A stretch of DNA of 64,000 bases from the human T2T-CHM13v2.0 reference genome, Homo sapiens. The stretch lies in assembly GCF_009914755.1 (NCBI RefSeq), contig NC_060936.1; one strand, 5' to 3'. Positions 44,916-59,980 of the stretch are shown here, in pieces. The notes beneath the pieces are model-generated. The model was not told the origin of the DNA. It saw only the letters and a list, made by a program, of their open reading frames with translations, and searched no databases. Numbering within the stretch: the stretch's first letter is position 1; each line of letters opens with the position of its first letter. A program made the position numbers and the translations under genes.

Positions 44916-45594
44916 TGTCATCATCATTACCTAAGAACTCTTAGAATAATATAAGTTCTAAGTTCAATAGACATAAATATCATGATTCTAAAAATAGAAG
45001 TCTTAAATATATAAAAGATATCATGCAAGGTTAAGAGTCACTAGATTCAAGACATCACGGTCGTAAGGGGTAATGGGTATGCAGTCTCATTCTTGGTTTC
45101 TAATTCTCCAGAGCTTGTAGGCAGACAGTAGGTTAAATCCTGGGATGATACTGACCGTGAAAGGCAAATATTTTTCTTTAAGTTGCCACAGGCACTGAAA
45201 GATTAATCAAATGGCTGGAGAATGCAGGGAAACTCAACAGTGTTTAAGAAACTTGGTGGGCTTTATAACTTCAGTATTTTGAAATGTATTATTATTTGTA
45301 GACCTCTACTTCATATGTTTTGGTTTGATTGATTTGTTTAAACTCATACATTTTAAATCAATATAATAAATGTGTATACATTTATTTTTTAAAAAATCAA
45401 TATACTTAGTTTGTGTACACACTTGGGAAGTTCTTGAGATTCTTGGAGACATAGAATGATTTTTAACTTTATCAAAGGATTTCACATTTGTCTTCTCATT
45501 TTATTTCAAAGCACCACTGAAGTAGCAGAGCTGGAATAATGTCATTTTTCTCCAGGCTAGTCGGCTCCCAGGTCAGTGGTCTGGACTCTTGCGG

Positions 45595-46960
45595 TTTTCT
45601 TTTTGTCTCTGTAGCTGCTCCCTCATCCTCTTTGCTGGTTCCTCTTCATCTTCTAATCTTGAAAGGTTGACGTGACCTAAGATTCAGCCTTTGGGCATCT
45701 TCTTTTCTCTACACTCAGCTCCCTGGTGGTCTCTTTCATTCCCTCAGATTTAAATGCCATCTCTATGCAAACGACACTCAAATGTTATTTCTAGCTCTGC
45801 TCTCTTTATCTCAGGACTGTTCATCTCTGACATTTCCCTTTGGTTGTCTAATGGGTATTTAAGACTTAAATGCCTCAACATGGGCTTCCAAGGGTGCTGT
45901 GCTTTGTCCTCTCCGTGTCAGTAAGACTACTCCATGCTTCTAGTTGCCAGACCAAAGGCCTGGGGCCATCATTGACCCCAGTCTTGCTCTGACCCTCCAA
46001 ATATGATCTGTGACAAATCCTGCCGTTTCCACCTTTAAGATTAGATGTATCCAGGACCTGGCCTTTCCTTTACACGGCCACTGCTGCCAGCCTGGGACAG
46101 ACCTGTATCGCTTTTGCCTGGTTGATGGCAATGGCTTCCTAACTAGTCTCCCTGCTTTTCCTTTGCTGCCCTTCAGTCTACAGTCGGCCCATCTTCCCTG
46201 CATGGGCAGATTCAACCAACTGCCAGATAGAAAATATTGGGGAGAAAATGGATAGTTGCACCAGTACTGAACATGGGCAGATTTCATTTCATGGTCCTTA
46301 TACTCTAAACAATAAAATGTAACTATTATTTACACAGCATTTACATTGTATTAGGTATTGTAAGTAATCTAGAGATGATGTAAGGTATAAGGGAGGATGT
46401 GTATAGGTTACCTGCAGATACTATGCATTTTATATAAAGGGTTGAGCATCTGTGGATTTTGTTATCTGAGGGGGATCCTAGAACCAGTCCCCCACAGATA
46501 CTGAGGGATGACTGTATTCTCAATGCAGCGGCTAGGGTGATTCTGCTGTCCTCAGATCATGATCCTCCTCTGCTGAAAATGCTCTGAGGACCTCCCCTAT
46601 CACTTAGAGTAAAAGCAATAGTCCTTCAACAAGCCGCATGGCCCCACCCCTTCTGCTTTCATGGATTCCCTATGACTTGACTTCTCCGCTCCAGCTGCAA
46701 GATCTCCTTACTGTGCCTTTCACATTTTCCCACCTCAAGGTCTTTGAATTTATGCATTCTTGTCTCTGCCTGCAATGCTGTTCCTTCAGAGATCTCTGAG
46801 GCTTTCTCCTCAATTCTTTTAGGTCTTTATTCACATTACTTTTTAGTGAGGCCTTCTCTAGCTACACTATTTGAAATGGCCATAATCATCCCAGCACTTC
46901 CTACTCTCCTCCCATGCTTTATTTTCTCTGTGAACACTTAAATCACTATATACATTCTAG
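45595..46960 (+). mobile_element. L2a region interrupted by MER2
   Basis: tttaaatgccatctctatgc; gcttcctaactagtctccctgctt; cacttagagtaaaagc; ctctgcctgcaatgct. Confidence 0.8.
46181..46514 (-). mobile_element. MER2 Tigger-family MITE, full length
   Basis: TA target sites at 46179-46180 and 46515-46516; cagtc...gactg ends; agcatttacattgtattaggtatt..agtaatctagagatgat. Confidence 0.92.
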
Positions 46961-48164
46961 ATGTGTTAGCATAAGCCTTAGTCTCCTGCCTGATCCAAAA
47001 ATACTGATAATAATGGCACCGACCTCTTAGGAGTTGTTGTCAGGATTCACTGATGTAGTACAAGTGCTTAGCACTGTGCCTAATGTGGAGTAAGCTTTCA
47101 GTGGGTGTTAATGTGCTTCTAGTGTGCATGCCCTTAGCATCAAACTCAACACCGTATGTGCAGGAGATGTCCCCTACATTGCTTTTAAATAAATAAATGA
47201 CCTAATTGGCAGAGTCAACATTTCCATACTTGTCTTTGTTCTGGGGAATCCATACACGTGAGGTGCAGCATGGTACTGAAGCTGATGCCTACACGAAGAG
47301 TCTGAACTCAGCCCCGGAGCGTTATCACTACTAAGCTAGGCCTTGCTATAAAACACTGAGCTGAGTCCATCCGATTCCAGCACAGGTTCTGAAAAATAGG
47401 AGAGTTTTTCTCCTAAAGAAAAAACTGTTACATGAGAGCATAACCTTTAAGGTGTACTCAGTAATAATGCCTTCTGAAGCATTTGTGCAATTAGATGTAT
47501 TTCATTAACCGTGTTTTCTGAGCAGAGCAATTTGAAAGAACACGTTCCCTTCTGTCTCACTCTGTCTTGTTCTCATCAGCCCTTTCACAAATTAATCTGA
47601 ATAAAAGCAACTTCCCCTCAGCGGTGAGTTAAAATAAGACACCGTTCACATGATTATTACTTCATTGTGCTTTTATGCACATTCCTCTGTGCTTTTTAAT
47701 TATATATAATTACCAGGAAACAGGGAATAAAATCTGTTTAATCTACAATGAAACATGCTAAATAGATAATGTTTCCAGTTCCTGTTTTTGTTTGCTTATT
47801 TGTTTAGGTATAATTCTAAACCAGGGAGAGCAGTTTCAAGAGTGTAGACCCAGATCTTGCAGAAAATACAGCTTATAGGATTAAGCATTATTTATTTCAT
47901 GTGTGAGCTATTACCTTTTAAAAATTGTCATGCAACTTAGTGACTCAAGTAATGACATCTAGGGTGCAATTATTTCAAATGCCATTTTTTTCTTCCTTGT
48001 AAAAAAGTTGCAATTAACTGTAAACAAGAGTTAAACTTGATGGTAGCCTATGGTGACTTTGATATGATGATATGTTTTTACTAGTTTCCGATGTGTATGT
48101 TTCTGATGATGAGCAATTTTATTAAAGCCTGTCACAGTGATCATATTAAAATGCATGATACTAT

Positions 48165-48390
48165 TCAAGAGGCAGCACAGCTCAGTGTTAAATCTCAGGC
48201 CCTGGAGACAGGCTTCCTGCACCTGAATCTAGTTTTACCTTCTGTATTAACTATGCCATCTTAGGCAATTTACGTAACTCCTTTCCGCCTCAATGTCTTC
48301 ATCTAGTAGCTATCTCAAAGGGTTATTGATAGAATTAAATTGATGTATATAAAGTGCTTGGAAAAGAGCACTGGATGAAAGTTAATTGTT
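48165..48390 (+). mobile_element. MIR
   Basis: gaggcagcacag..cttaggcaatttac..cctcaatgtcttcatc..aaagtgctt. Confidence 0.75.
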
Positions 48391-48394
48391 GTTA

Positions 48395-48733
48395 TCTGTC
48401 ACAAAAGGCAAGGTCATTACAAACAACTGCAAAATCCCAGTGACTTGAAAGAATAATGGTTTATTTCTTGCTCAAGCTACATGTCCCTCGAAGAGTAGTC
48501 GTTTCAAACGCTGCCAGTTGCTGCAGCAGAAGTAAAGATAACTCTGGACGGTCTTGCCATAGCAATTAAGTGCTCCTGGCTGGAAGTGGCACTGCAACTC
48601 TGCTCCTAATTCATTGGCCAGAATTAGTTACATGGCCACACTCAATCACCCGGAGGCCAGGAGGTGCAATCCACCTTGTGCCTGGAAGGCAGACATCAAG
48701 CATCTTTGGCAAACAGCACTCATAACATCCACA
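48395..48733 (-). mobile_element. MLT1J-like LTR
   Basis: aaatcccagtgacttg..tttatttcttgctca; tcattggccagaattagttacatggcc. Confidence 0.6.
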
Positions 48734-49749
48734 GTTTCTGTTGTTGTTATGCCTCTGCAGCAAAAGCATCTGGCATTCTTGGTTTGAGTAGCCTTAACCT
48801 TTCGGGCTGCTGGCTGTTGCTGTTGGTGAAGGAGAACTGCAGGCCTCTGGGATGGGCTTTAGGAGGACAGAGTGTGGGGGTGTCTTGGAATACAGCAGGC
48901 TGAACAGAAGGCTCTATTTAGCTGTTGCATGCCAATCAGAGCCGCTGAACCGTCTGTGATATAAATGACTTAAAAATATTCTCCATTGAAAAAAAGGACT
49001 AGTTCTAACACTTTAAACATGTCAGCTCCAAGATAACATTGGAAATGATGTACATGCCTCTCCCCGCCACCCCCGTCGATGTCTACTTCCTCTATTCAAA
49101 ACTCTACATTGTTTCCCAAGGCCTGGTAGCTCTTGCAGGTGGTTTTATTTAGAGATCCCCAGACTTACATTTGTTTGTTTGCCTGGAATTCCTCTAGGGC
49201 CATCCAAACAAAACCAAATGGCTTAGAGTTCACTCTTGATTACCTATGCAAATGGTTGGGAATCTTGACTAATGTGTATTTGCCTTTATTTGGGCTTCTC
49301 TATCTGTTTCTTGGCCAGGAACCCTGCCCCTCACCTTTCCAATTCTCCTCTAGGCTCCTCTTACGTAGGCAGGATCACCCATTTGATTGCCCTTTGACCT
49401 CTATTTAGTCCAGTTCTCTCTCAGTTAAGCTGGGCTCCTGCTCCGGGGTGGGGTTGATGGTGGGTAAAGCCTGGGCTTTTGGTTTCCCTGTAATCTCTAA
49501 ATACGTTGATAATTTATTCTAGCCTTTCTCATTGCTGTCACATGGCTAGAGAAAAGAGCAGTGCACTGCAGATTTCAGAAGTCAAGACTGGGTTGAATAA
49601 GGGGACAGTGAAGGGAACTCTTTTTTTATAACACTGTCACTGGAAAGGTCCCACAGCTACTGCCACTCCCAACCCCCACCTGCCATGATAACACATACTT
49701 CCACTCCTTTCCTCACACAATCCCCCAGCAGCCTGCAATGTTCTCTGTG

Positions 49750-49985
49750 CACAAGCTTTGGAGGCAGAAATTCCTGTGTTCAGATTATGAGCCTACCATT
49801 TATTAGCTGTGTAACTTAGGGGAAATTACCCAACCACCCTGAAGGTTGTTTTTCATCTGCAAAGTAGGGTTTAATGACACTTAATGCAAAGAGCTGTCAT
49901 GACAATGCAGTGAGAAAATTTGTATCACTTCCTGGTGTAGTTCCTGGCACATTCAGACTCTAAATTAATTGTGGTTGTTATTAAT
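49750..49985 (+). mobile_element. MIR
   Basis: gctttggaggcaga..ttattagctgtgtaacttagg..catctgcaaagtaggg..cctggcaca. Confidence 0.75.
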
Positions 49986-51124
49986 TAAGACCCAGATTAG
50001 GTTTTATCTTTTCTGTGAACTCTAACCCAACTACTTTATATCCTCCTAAACAATATACTGGTTTTCAACTATAACAAAACTCCTATAACTAATAGACCAA
50101 AAGCCTATTAGGTTAAATGGAACAGAAGTTTGTTTCTCAAGTTATAGTCCAGGGAAGAAGTTCCAGGTTGTGGGCAGGGGAAGGTGGTAAGGACAGTCCT
50201 TTATAAATTCAGGGTGATGTCTGCTCTTCTGTCCTCGACCAGTGGCTTCCAGTGTCACTCTATTCATTGTCTGCCATTTTACCCTGAGGGATGGGCAGGA
50301 ATGTGAAGGTGCATATGTGGGATGTTTTATGACCCAGATGCATTGACCCTGTCACTGTCCATTGGGAGAAGTTTATCACAGGGCCACAGGCTGCTTCAAG
50401 GGAGGCTGAGAATGTGGTGCCATGGGGCTTCCAATTCCCCGCTGCAGTGAGGAAGAGGAGAGGGGATTCTGGTGATCAGCTACTTATCTCAGACTCAAAA
50501 CCTTTTTATATGTGTTAGGAACATCTTTTCCATTAGACTGTTGGCTCCTTGAATCAGAGACCTTGTTGTAGCCTTAACCTTCAAAGTTATGTTCAGTAAC
50601 AGACATGCAATAGCATCCTAAGAATACTTTGGGAATTGAGCTAAATGAACAGAAGTTCTATTCTTTGGGCAAATATCTTAGATTTTGTCTCCCTTGAATC
50701 TCAATGTTACTTTTGAGTAAAATGGACAAGCTTTAACAGATCGTATTAGGGATTTCCAGTATTGGACAATTTATTCTTTGCAACAATTCTAAGATAATAA
50801 CAAAAGCACTGAGAGTTTCCCAGTGATATGTGGATTCCATGAGCAATTCCCATCATTAAAGTTACTAAATATAATTATTTACTGATATAGGGTACGTTAT
50901 GCTCTTAGTATTATCTTTCACACATCTTTTAAAATTACAGATTCATATAGGCTTTTCTCAAAGATAAATAGCATTTCTGAAAATAAGTAGAGTGGACAAA
51001 TCATACTTTTGTTGGGTTTCAGGGCGAAAAAGAAAATATGATGTTACACTTTTTAAAAACCTGTAATTTTAACCTAAAAGTCTAATAAAAACATATGTTT
51101 GGATTGGTAAGACAATTTTCTTAC

Positions 51125-51165
51125 CTCAATTATGATAGAAAATATGCAAATAGGAGCCAAGTAAA
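51125..51165 (-). other. Candidate exon (41 nt)
   Basis: Acceptor gtctcttatag|T and donor GAG|GTAAGA; open frame (V)YLAPICIFSIIIE. Confidence 0.3.
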
Positions 51166-51248
51166 CTATAAGAGACAGATCACTAGATTGGGTATAAATA
51201 AAAATAAAGCAAAACAAAATATTTTAAAGTTCCCCTCCTCTAGACACT

Positions 51249-52307
<1,059 letters not shown>

Positions 52308-52711
52308 TCACATCATCATACTTGGTTTTAGATTTGAATTTTTAAAAGTTCAGTTTAATGATATGTCCTTTTACTAAAAGTTATACTTAAATAGCTGAAT
52401 GAGATTTGTTTCTGCATTTGGTATTTGGATGGAACTTTGAGAATGAATGATTTTTTTGGATAGGCTTTGCTACTAATTCTATTATCTTGGAGGCAAATGT
52501 TTCTCTGTGCCTTGTTTTCTCCTCACCGTATTGGGGGGAAATAGTGTTTACCATCAGGTGACTTTTACCACACCTTCAGACAGGTGAACTATAGGTCATA
52601 TTACCATCTGGCTAGGGACAAAATGACTCATAGATGGGAACTTTTCTGAAGTCTGACATTTTAAAATGTTTGTTTGATGGACAAGTTTGGTTTCTAAAAT
52701 ACCAAACTTAC

Positions 52712-52792
52712 CTCCTTGAATTCTTAAGCAGAATATGCTAAGTATATTTATAATTTTTACTAACTCAGGATTATAATTTTTACCCTTAAAGT
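52712..52792 (-). other. Candidate exon (81 nt)
   Basis: Donor GAG|GTAAGT; weak acceptor gctgaacag|A; open frame FKGKNYNPELVKIINILSIFCLRIQG. Confidence 0.28.
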
Positions 52793-53026
52793 CTGTTCAG
52801 CATTAAATACATCTTTCTCCTTAGGGGTCATTGGCAGGTGGAGGGATGTTTCCCTATAAACAAAACTGCCCCAGACTAATCATAATAATGTGGAAGGTAA
52901 TGAGACAACAGCATCAACTAAGGTTTACAGTTATTGAACTCTTACTAAATGCCAGGTGCTTTTTCAGGTCCTTTACACACATCATCTCATTTATTCCTAC
53001 AGTAACTGTAAAATTGAGGTACTCCT

Positions 53027-53390
53027 GTAACATGGTTTTGCTCTGTGTCTCCAGTCAAATCTCATGTAGAATTGTAATCCCCACGTATCAAGAGAGGGGC
53101 CTGGTGAGGGGTGATTGGATCGTGTGGGCAGTTTCCCCCATGCTGTTTCCATGGTAGTGAGTGAGTTTTCATGAGATCTGATGGTTTAAAAGTGTTTGGC
53201 AGTTCCCCACTCCCTCTCTCCTGCTGCCATGTGAAGAAGGTCCTTGCTTCCCCTTCACCTTCCTCCATGATTGTAAGCTTCCTGAGGCCTCCCCAGCCAT
53301 GTGGAACTGTGAGTCCATTAGACCTTCTTTCTTTATAAATTACCCAGTCTCAGGCAGTCCTTTATAGCCATGTGAAAATGGACTAATACA
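53027..53390 (+). mobile_element. THE1D/MSTA-like solo LTR inside an antisense MIR (~52920-53510)
   Basis: aaatctcatgtagaattgtaatccccacg..gagatctgatggtttaaaagtg..aaaatggactaataca. Confidence 0.9.
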
Positions 53391-54195
53391 TATGGTTATC
53401 TCCACTTTACTGATGAGGAGATGAGAAACTGAATTACTTCCAAAGGTTCTACAGCAAAAATTGACAGAGCCAGAATTAAAGTCAGTCCAATTCCAAAACC
53501 CACTCTCCAATTCACTGCAAATTTTTGCATTTTTTTTTTCTTTTTTTGCTTTTAATGTGTACATTCATTTAGGAAACAAGTTCAGGACTGACCATGTGAA
53601 GGTCATTGTACTCAGAACAGTGGGAATTACCAAAAGGATTGAGACACAGCCTTGCCTTCAAGGAATTTATAATCCAGTAAGGCTAGATTTTAAAAAGTAC
53701 TAAAGTACTGACTATAATACTAAGTGGTATGTAAAAAGTGTCTTCAGGGGGTAAAGTGCCTCTCAGGAGCACCCCAAAGAGCGGGCAATGCAGCAATGCA
53801 GCCTGGTGAGATCAGGGAGGTCTATAATGGGCAGGTAGAAGTTGGCCACAATCCTGAAAGAATGTGGGGCTGGGGTTGGAAAGAAGGGCAGGAGGAGAGG
53901 GGCAGGCTGGGGGTGGGTACACTTGAGAGAGCTGGGAGCAGAGAGGTAGGTAAGGTAAGTTGGAGCCACGTTGCTTGGAAACAAACTGATTCTTCAGAGA
54001 CCCTTCCTATTCACCCTATTCATGTCACATTCTTTGTCATGTCCAAGAGCACTGAAGTCATCAAAACCCTGACCTTTAAATGGGCAAGACATTAAAACCT
54101 AAAATACTGAAGATGAATAAGAATCTGTAACCAGCCTTTACTATGTGCCAGACACTGGTCTAAGCACTTTAATCTAACAACCCTAGAAAACAGGT

Positions 54196-54559
54196 TGATA
54201 TAGTTTGGCTGTGCCCCACCCAAATCTCATCTTGAATTGTAGCTCCCATAATCCCCACATGTCATGGGAGGGACCTGGTGGGAAGTAATTGAATCATGGG
54301 GGTGGGTTTTTTCCATGCTGTTCTGGTGGTACTGAATAAGTCTCACAAGATCTGATGGTTTGATAAAGGGGAGTTCTCCTGCACGAGCTTTCTTGCCTGC
54401 CACCATGTAAGATGTAACTTTGCTCTTCCTTTGCCTTCTGCCATGATTGTGAGGCCTCCCCAGCCATGTGGAACTCTTGAGTCCATTAAATCTCTTTCCT
54501 TCATAAATTTCCCAGTATTGGTAATGTCTTTATTAGCAGCATGAGAACAGACTAATACA
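54196..54559 (+). mobile_element. THE1B-like solo LTR inside an antisense MIR (~54135-54715)
   Basis: tgatatagtttggctgtg..gtagctcccataatcccc..gagaacagactaataca; perfect TSD CAGGT at 54191-54195 and 54560-54564. Confidence 0.95.
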
Positions 54560-55260
54560 CAGGTACTATTATTATCTCCATTTACAATGGGGAAAGTGAG
54601 GCACAGAGAGGTTAAATAACTTGCCTGGGGTCACTCAGCTATTATGTGGCTAAGCCAGGATTTAGGCTCAGCCTGTCTGGCTCTAGAGTCTGATGGTCTT
54701 AGTCACTATTATACAATGCTTTAAAAAAGAAAAAGAATGAAAGGAAAAAGTAAACACCATCTGAAATTTTCCCTGAAGCAAATGGTGCTCAGAAGGCTCC
54801 TCCTCTGGGCACTGCCCCTACCTCAGCCCCACCCAGGCTGTGAGGTCTCTTCTCTCTGGTGAGCTGAGCCAGGGCTTTGCCAGGTGTGGACTTGCCTATC
54901 TCCCCAGAGGGACTGCATGGCCTTGAAGGTGGGACAGTGTCTTACCCTTGGGGAGCACATGCACACCGAGCATCTTTAGAGCAACTGTGTTCTTTCTAGG
55001 AAGAGACAAACATCTCTTGGTCACACTCAGCTCTCTATTAGAAAACAAAAGATGTTTCCTCTAATATGATTTTGGAATTTTCACCCAAGTTGGGTCAGTC
55101 CTTTCAAGATCCAAAGCTGTCTGTGACTCTTTTCTTTATGTTAGCTGGTCTGGCAGGATTCTGATTTTAGTTAAAAAAAATCAAATCAGTTCGCCTTTTC
55201 TGGATGCCAAGAATAACTGATGGAAATGAGGCAAGTGCAAATGAAAGAAGATTTACTTAC

Positions 55261-55385
55261 AAGGAAAAAGGAATCAATGCAAACCACAGCCTCATTATTG
55301 AGGTTTAGAGACTCTGGTGGAACAACGGAGGATGTTTAGTCTTTTCTGAACGACTCAGACTTGTTTCTCATTTCCTGAGATGTCT
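55261..55385 (-). other. Candidate exon (125 nt)
   Basis: Acceptor tattttaatcctattccag|A and donor CTT|GTAAGT; frame TSQEMRNKSESFRKD*TSSVVPPESLNLNNEAVVCIDSFFL has one stop. Confidence 0.38.
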
Positions 55386-57624
55386 CTGGAATAGGATTAA
55401 AATACAGCATACTTCATAAAACCAAACTGAACAGAAATTAATCTTTATGATTCTGAAGGTAATTTAGGATTTGTACAACATGGTGCCCATATTTTGAAAA
55501 TTATATAGTTTAACAAAAACTAGTCTGATTATTGAACTTTTTGGGTGTTTAGATTCTAGATAAATAAGAGTATATCATGTTCAGATTTCGCATGGAACTT
55601 GTGGAATTAAAATCTAAATTTTAGGATAATAAGAATAAAAAAGAAAATCATCCTTCGTAAGCATTATATAGACTTGGACGGAAATCTAGAGATCGCCTAG
55701 ACTCGGAATCCTTTATCTTCTAGGCTCACATAGGAAATAGTGTTTGACTAAGCCTGAGGGACCTGAGTCTTAGGACTCCCAGTTTAGTGCTCTTTCTGGG
55801 GATCTAAATATATCTGACTCAGAATATATAAGGGTAAGGATAAGATCCAGCCTTATCTGGTTGACTTTGATACTGGCTCATTCTAAATGGGGTGGTTGAC
55901 CTATCTGAGGCAACTAATGATTGAGAGTCCAAATACACTCTATGTCCTTCACTCTTGCATCTTTCCCCCCCAAATATCATACTGAAAAAGTAAAAAGTGT
56001 TGGTGTCAGACACAATAGTACTTATATTCAAATCAGGAATTACAAAGACATTTGCATTTTGCTTTGCCCATATGTTATGGTAAAAATGTGAAGGTTTTAG
56101 TGCTTATTTTGCATCTGTACCTCGACTCTAAATCTAAATTTAATTTTCCCTCATTGAACTAAGTAAGCAATATTTTTTGGTAAAGTTAATTTAATGCATC
56201 TTAATAGAAAAGCAATTAAGAGCACCTTTAGCCATGCTGATGTAGACACTAGAGGCTCTTAAAACACACTGTTGGTTATCCATGCTTGCTATTACCTGGA
56301 GATGAGAAGGCTGCACATGAAGTGCTTTAGGCACTTGTGCAAATCATTTGCCTTCACCAGTGTCCATAATAGATCTGCTTTTCCCATTATCCTGCTGAGC
56401 AGTCAATAAAGCTACCAGGAGGAACCAGGGCAATGCAAATGCTGCCTCCCAGCACTATTTGTTACTTCCTAATTTATAGCCACTGCTCTCAGTCTTATCA
56501 AGTAGAAGAACAGCCAGAAGGGTCTTCGTTTTCTCTCTCAGTTCAAGCAAAGACAGCACTAACATTCACAGTGAGAATTTTTATTTTATGTTATAACTCT
56601 ACTTGAAGTTTGGATCTCATAATACTCTTCTTCTGGGTGTTATTTTACCTACCAGCCTGCTGATTGGTTATTATATGAATTGCAAGCTGTAGTCAAAAGG
56701 GAGGTGATTTAAGGAGACTGAACTGACTTGACCTGCAATATGAGTCAATTGGTTGGTTCTGGTGGGCTTGAGGCAGACTTTTAGTACCTTCTTAGTGCTC
56801 AGAGGAACTGAGGCAATTTGAGAAGTTTATTAATTTAATAGCAATTTCACCATCCCTTTGGCTTTAGGCCAGTCCATTCATCCCTCTTAAGTACCTAAGT
56901 GTGGTTTTTCTCTCCAGCATCTAATTGTTGCATGGTCATCTGAGAAGGTCAATAGCTGGTGAGTCCAAGGAAAATGTGGTCAAGATTAAAGTACTCCAAC
57001 TTTGCCATTGTTAATTGAGGGAAGAAAGCAGCAGAGAAAATGATCAATGAAAAGAGAACTGCATTTGGATAAAAGCAAGGCAAGAAGTATCATACGAAAC
57101 GGCAAGTTCAAGACTCAGAGTGGGATTGACAGAAAATTGGATTGTATCAGTTACAGTTATTTGGTTGCAAGTAGCAGAAAGTGATTAGTTAGTTAAGCAA
57201 AAATAAATAAATAAAATAACTTTAATTTAAAAATATTAATTGGATACTGGAGTATCTCATTTGCATTCAAGAAGAATTGCTTGAGAGAGTTGCCCCTGGC
57301 TCCAATGATGCTCTATTTCTCAGTATTTTTTTTTATTTGTGATATGGGTTAAATTGGGGCAGATGACCACCCAATGGTCAGGTGATCCATCATCCATGGC
57401 AAGGATCCAGTAAGATCTCACAATTTAGATTTGACTGTGGAGGGACCACCTCTGGACTCAGGTCAGATGCCAGAGAATCAAGGAAACTATCCTCCAAAGT
57501 GTTTAAGACAGGTCTTTCTTTGTGGACTTGAGCAATAAGTATTCACAGCATCTTTCTGGAAAAGTCTTCCAGTAGGGCAGCAGGGGCTAGAAGAAAAGGC
57601 CCAAGAGTCAGTTTCCATGATAAA

Positions 57625-57790
57625 ACATTGTCATTTGCCAGCTTTGTAACTCTGACTTTACTGTGCCTCAGTTTCCTTATCTGTAAAATATCTACCCTAC
57701 TTGCCTTACAAAGGCATTGTGAGGATGAAAGGAGGTTATAGGTGTGAAGTGTAACTTGTAGCATGCTCAGACAGGCCTAAGCCTTGTTAT
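57625..57790 (+). mobile_element. MIR
   Basis: ctgtgcctcagtttccttatctgtaaaat..ttgtgaggatgaaa. Confidence 0.75.
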
Positions 57791-58009
57791 GATGCAATTC
57801 TGTAAGGACTGCTGCTTAACTGGGCTGTCCAGTCTGGGCACGTGAATTCTGCCTTCACTTGGCAGTGGGGTCCACCTAATTGAGATACTTGTCTGGAAAA
57901 AGCCCGAAAGGATGCCTTAATTTGAGAATTTATGAAGAGAAAATATTTTTATCAGCTCAGAATGATTGAACCTAAGCTATGGAGCGAGAACCATATCAAG
58001 TTTACTCAC

Positions 58010-58429
58010 CAGTATCTTCAGTGTGACAGTAATCTCTAACCACTACCATGTGCAGTGGATTTCTTCCCATTAAGGACGTGATGTAAATATCTTTGGTTTG
58101 GTCCAGTTTTTGTGTTTTTCTGCTTTCCTTCAGCTGATTCACTGGTGCTCTCTTCTTGTATCCAATATCATTTTTGAGTGACCTTTTTTCACAGTAGGGC
58201 TTCCAATGACAGCTACACAGAATTTTCAGTTTCTTCATTTCACTCTTCAAAGTTTGGCCTTGTGGTAGACTCTTTACCAACTTTTTCTATTTTTCCAGCT
58301 GCTTCTGTTCTTAACTGCACTGGACTTTGGAGGTTCTTGCTTCTGTGATGTGCTGTATGGAATGTTTGTTGCTGATGACTAATTGTTCTGGGTGTAACTT
58401 CTCTGGGCGACGTCCAGTTCTCCATCCCC
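58010..58429 (-). pseudogene. Candidate large exon (420 nt) of a decayed gene or lncRNA
   Basis: Acceptor cttattttgcag|G, Kozak-like GGGATGG at 58425, donor CTG|GTGAGT; overlapping ORFs 58240-58425 and 58002-58280 span it; no repeat recognised. Confidence 0.45.
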
Positions 58430-59574
58430 CTGCAAAATAAGCCAACTCTGATTTATATGTCTGCGAATCTCTGCTGAGCCATGGAGGTGGTTGTGGAGGG
58501 GAGTTGGAGTAGAAATGCTGTTGGAAACAGTACAGTTTGCTATGGCTTCCAGCTCAAGAGCGAGTCAAATGTTGGCTGCTGCTCAAGGTCAAAACTTGGG
58601 CAGAGGAGCAGAATTAGGTCTTGTCCATACAAATGTGATTCTAATGAGAATCCATCCATTCTTATTACTGGCTAAGTGGAAGGCCATGAGGATAGTTTCA
58701 AAGTTGGGAAGATGCAACCCTGAACCTTCTCCAGGGTTTCAGTGCCGTGTCTCGGAGTTGCTGTTGCAGGGAGTCACACTCTGCCCTTTTGGGGCTGGAC
58801 AAGTCACCTCCAGATGGAGGCACAGCATTTAGAAGATGCTTCCTCTGAAAATCCCTCCTGGCTTTTGCATTTAATCGTTTCTGACCCAGTGTCATTTAAA
58901 TCACAATGCCACCTTTGAGAGCTTTCCCTTACAGAAGGACTGTGGTGCAGCAGGCTGCCCAGCCATGCTCGCATGCATGAGAAATAAACAGCATTGACAG
59001 GCGAAAGAAATGGGATTATGGCACTTTTTTTTACTGGCTTCCTGCTTCACTACCTTTCAGCATTTCCCTAGGTAAATTCCATTCTTCACTTTCCCACACC
59101 ACTTCCGGTGACCAAATATTGTCACTTGACGTGGAGCTCCGAGTCAGGCCCAAACCAAGGAAGTGACAGAGAGAGAATGGCATAGTTGTAATGGTGATGC
59201 AGGCAACAGCCTGAGAAGCCATTCTATTACCAGGACTCTTGTCTTAGTGGAAAAAGGATCACACTAAAATCCTTAAATGGAATGTGTTCAAGACAGTTTT
59301 AATGCCACTTCCTCCCAAGTACTTCCTTCCTTTTCAATCCCTACAGGTTGCCACTCTGCATTCTGGAAGGCTGAATGTAGGAAGAAAATAGCAAACATGG
59401 AAACCCTTGCAAGGAATGATTTGAGTATATTTATTTTTTGATTTGTTTTCCAAAGACTTTCAGATTAGGGGTTATGCATATTTTAGTCTTAGGTGGGTAA
59501 GGTGTAGCATTTAAGAATCATCTCTGTGTTTCTAGAACAAGAGTAGACATAAGAGAGAGGCGAGAAACACATCC

Positions 59575-59980
59575 TTATCAGGATAGTCTAGGTTATGCTG
59601 TGAGAACAAAGTCTCTCGAATCTCAGCAGTTTGCTGGAACAAAGGTCTATATTTTGTCCAAGCTATATATTTGTCATGGGTCAGCTGAACTCACTTCCAC
59701 GTTGCCTTCCTGCTGGGACCTAGGCTAATGGAGCAGCATCTATTGGAAACATTCGTGGTATTGTTACAGAGGAAAAAGAAACATGGAAAACCACTCACTG
59801 GCTCTTAACGCTTCTGGTCATAAGTGACATATGTCCTTCCTGCTTGAATTCCATTGGCTAACACAAGCTATATGGCCACACCTGAGTTCAGCAGGACATG
59901 TTTTATCCTCTTGCAGGAGAACTACCACAGAGAAGGCCTCTGGAATATTTGGCAAGATCATAGTAATACAATCTGCTACA
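59575..59980 (-). mobile_element. MLT1J-like LTR
   Basis: tcaggatagtctaggttatgctg..aatctcagcag..ccattggctaacacaagctatatggccac. Confidence 0.75.
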
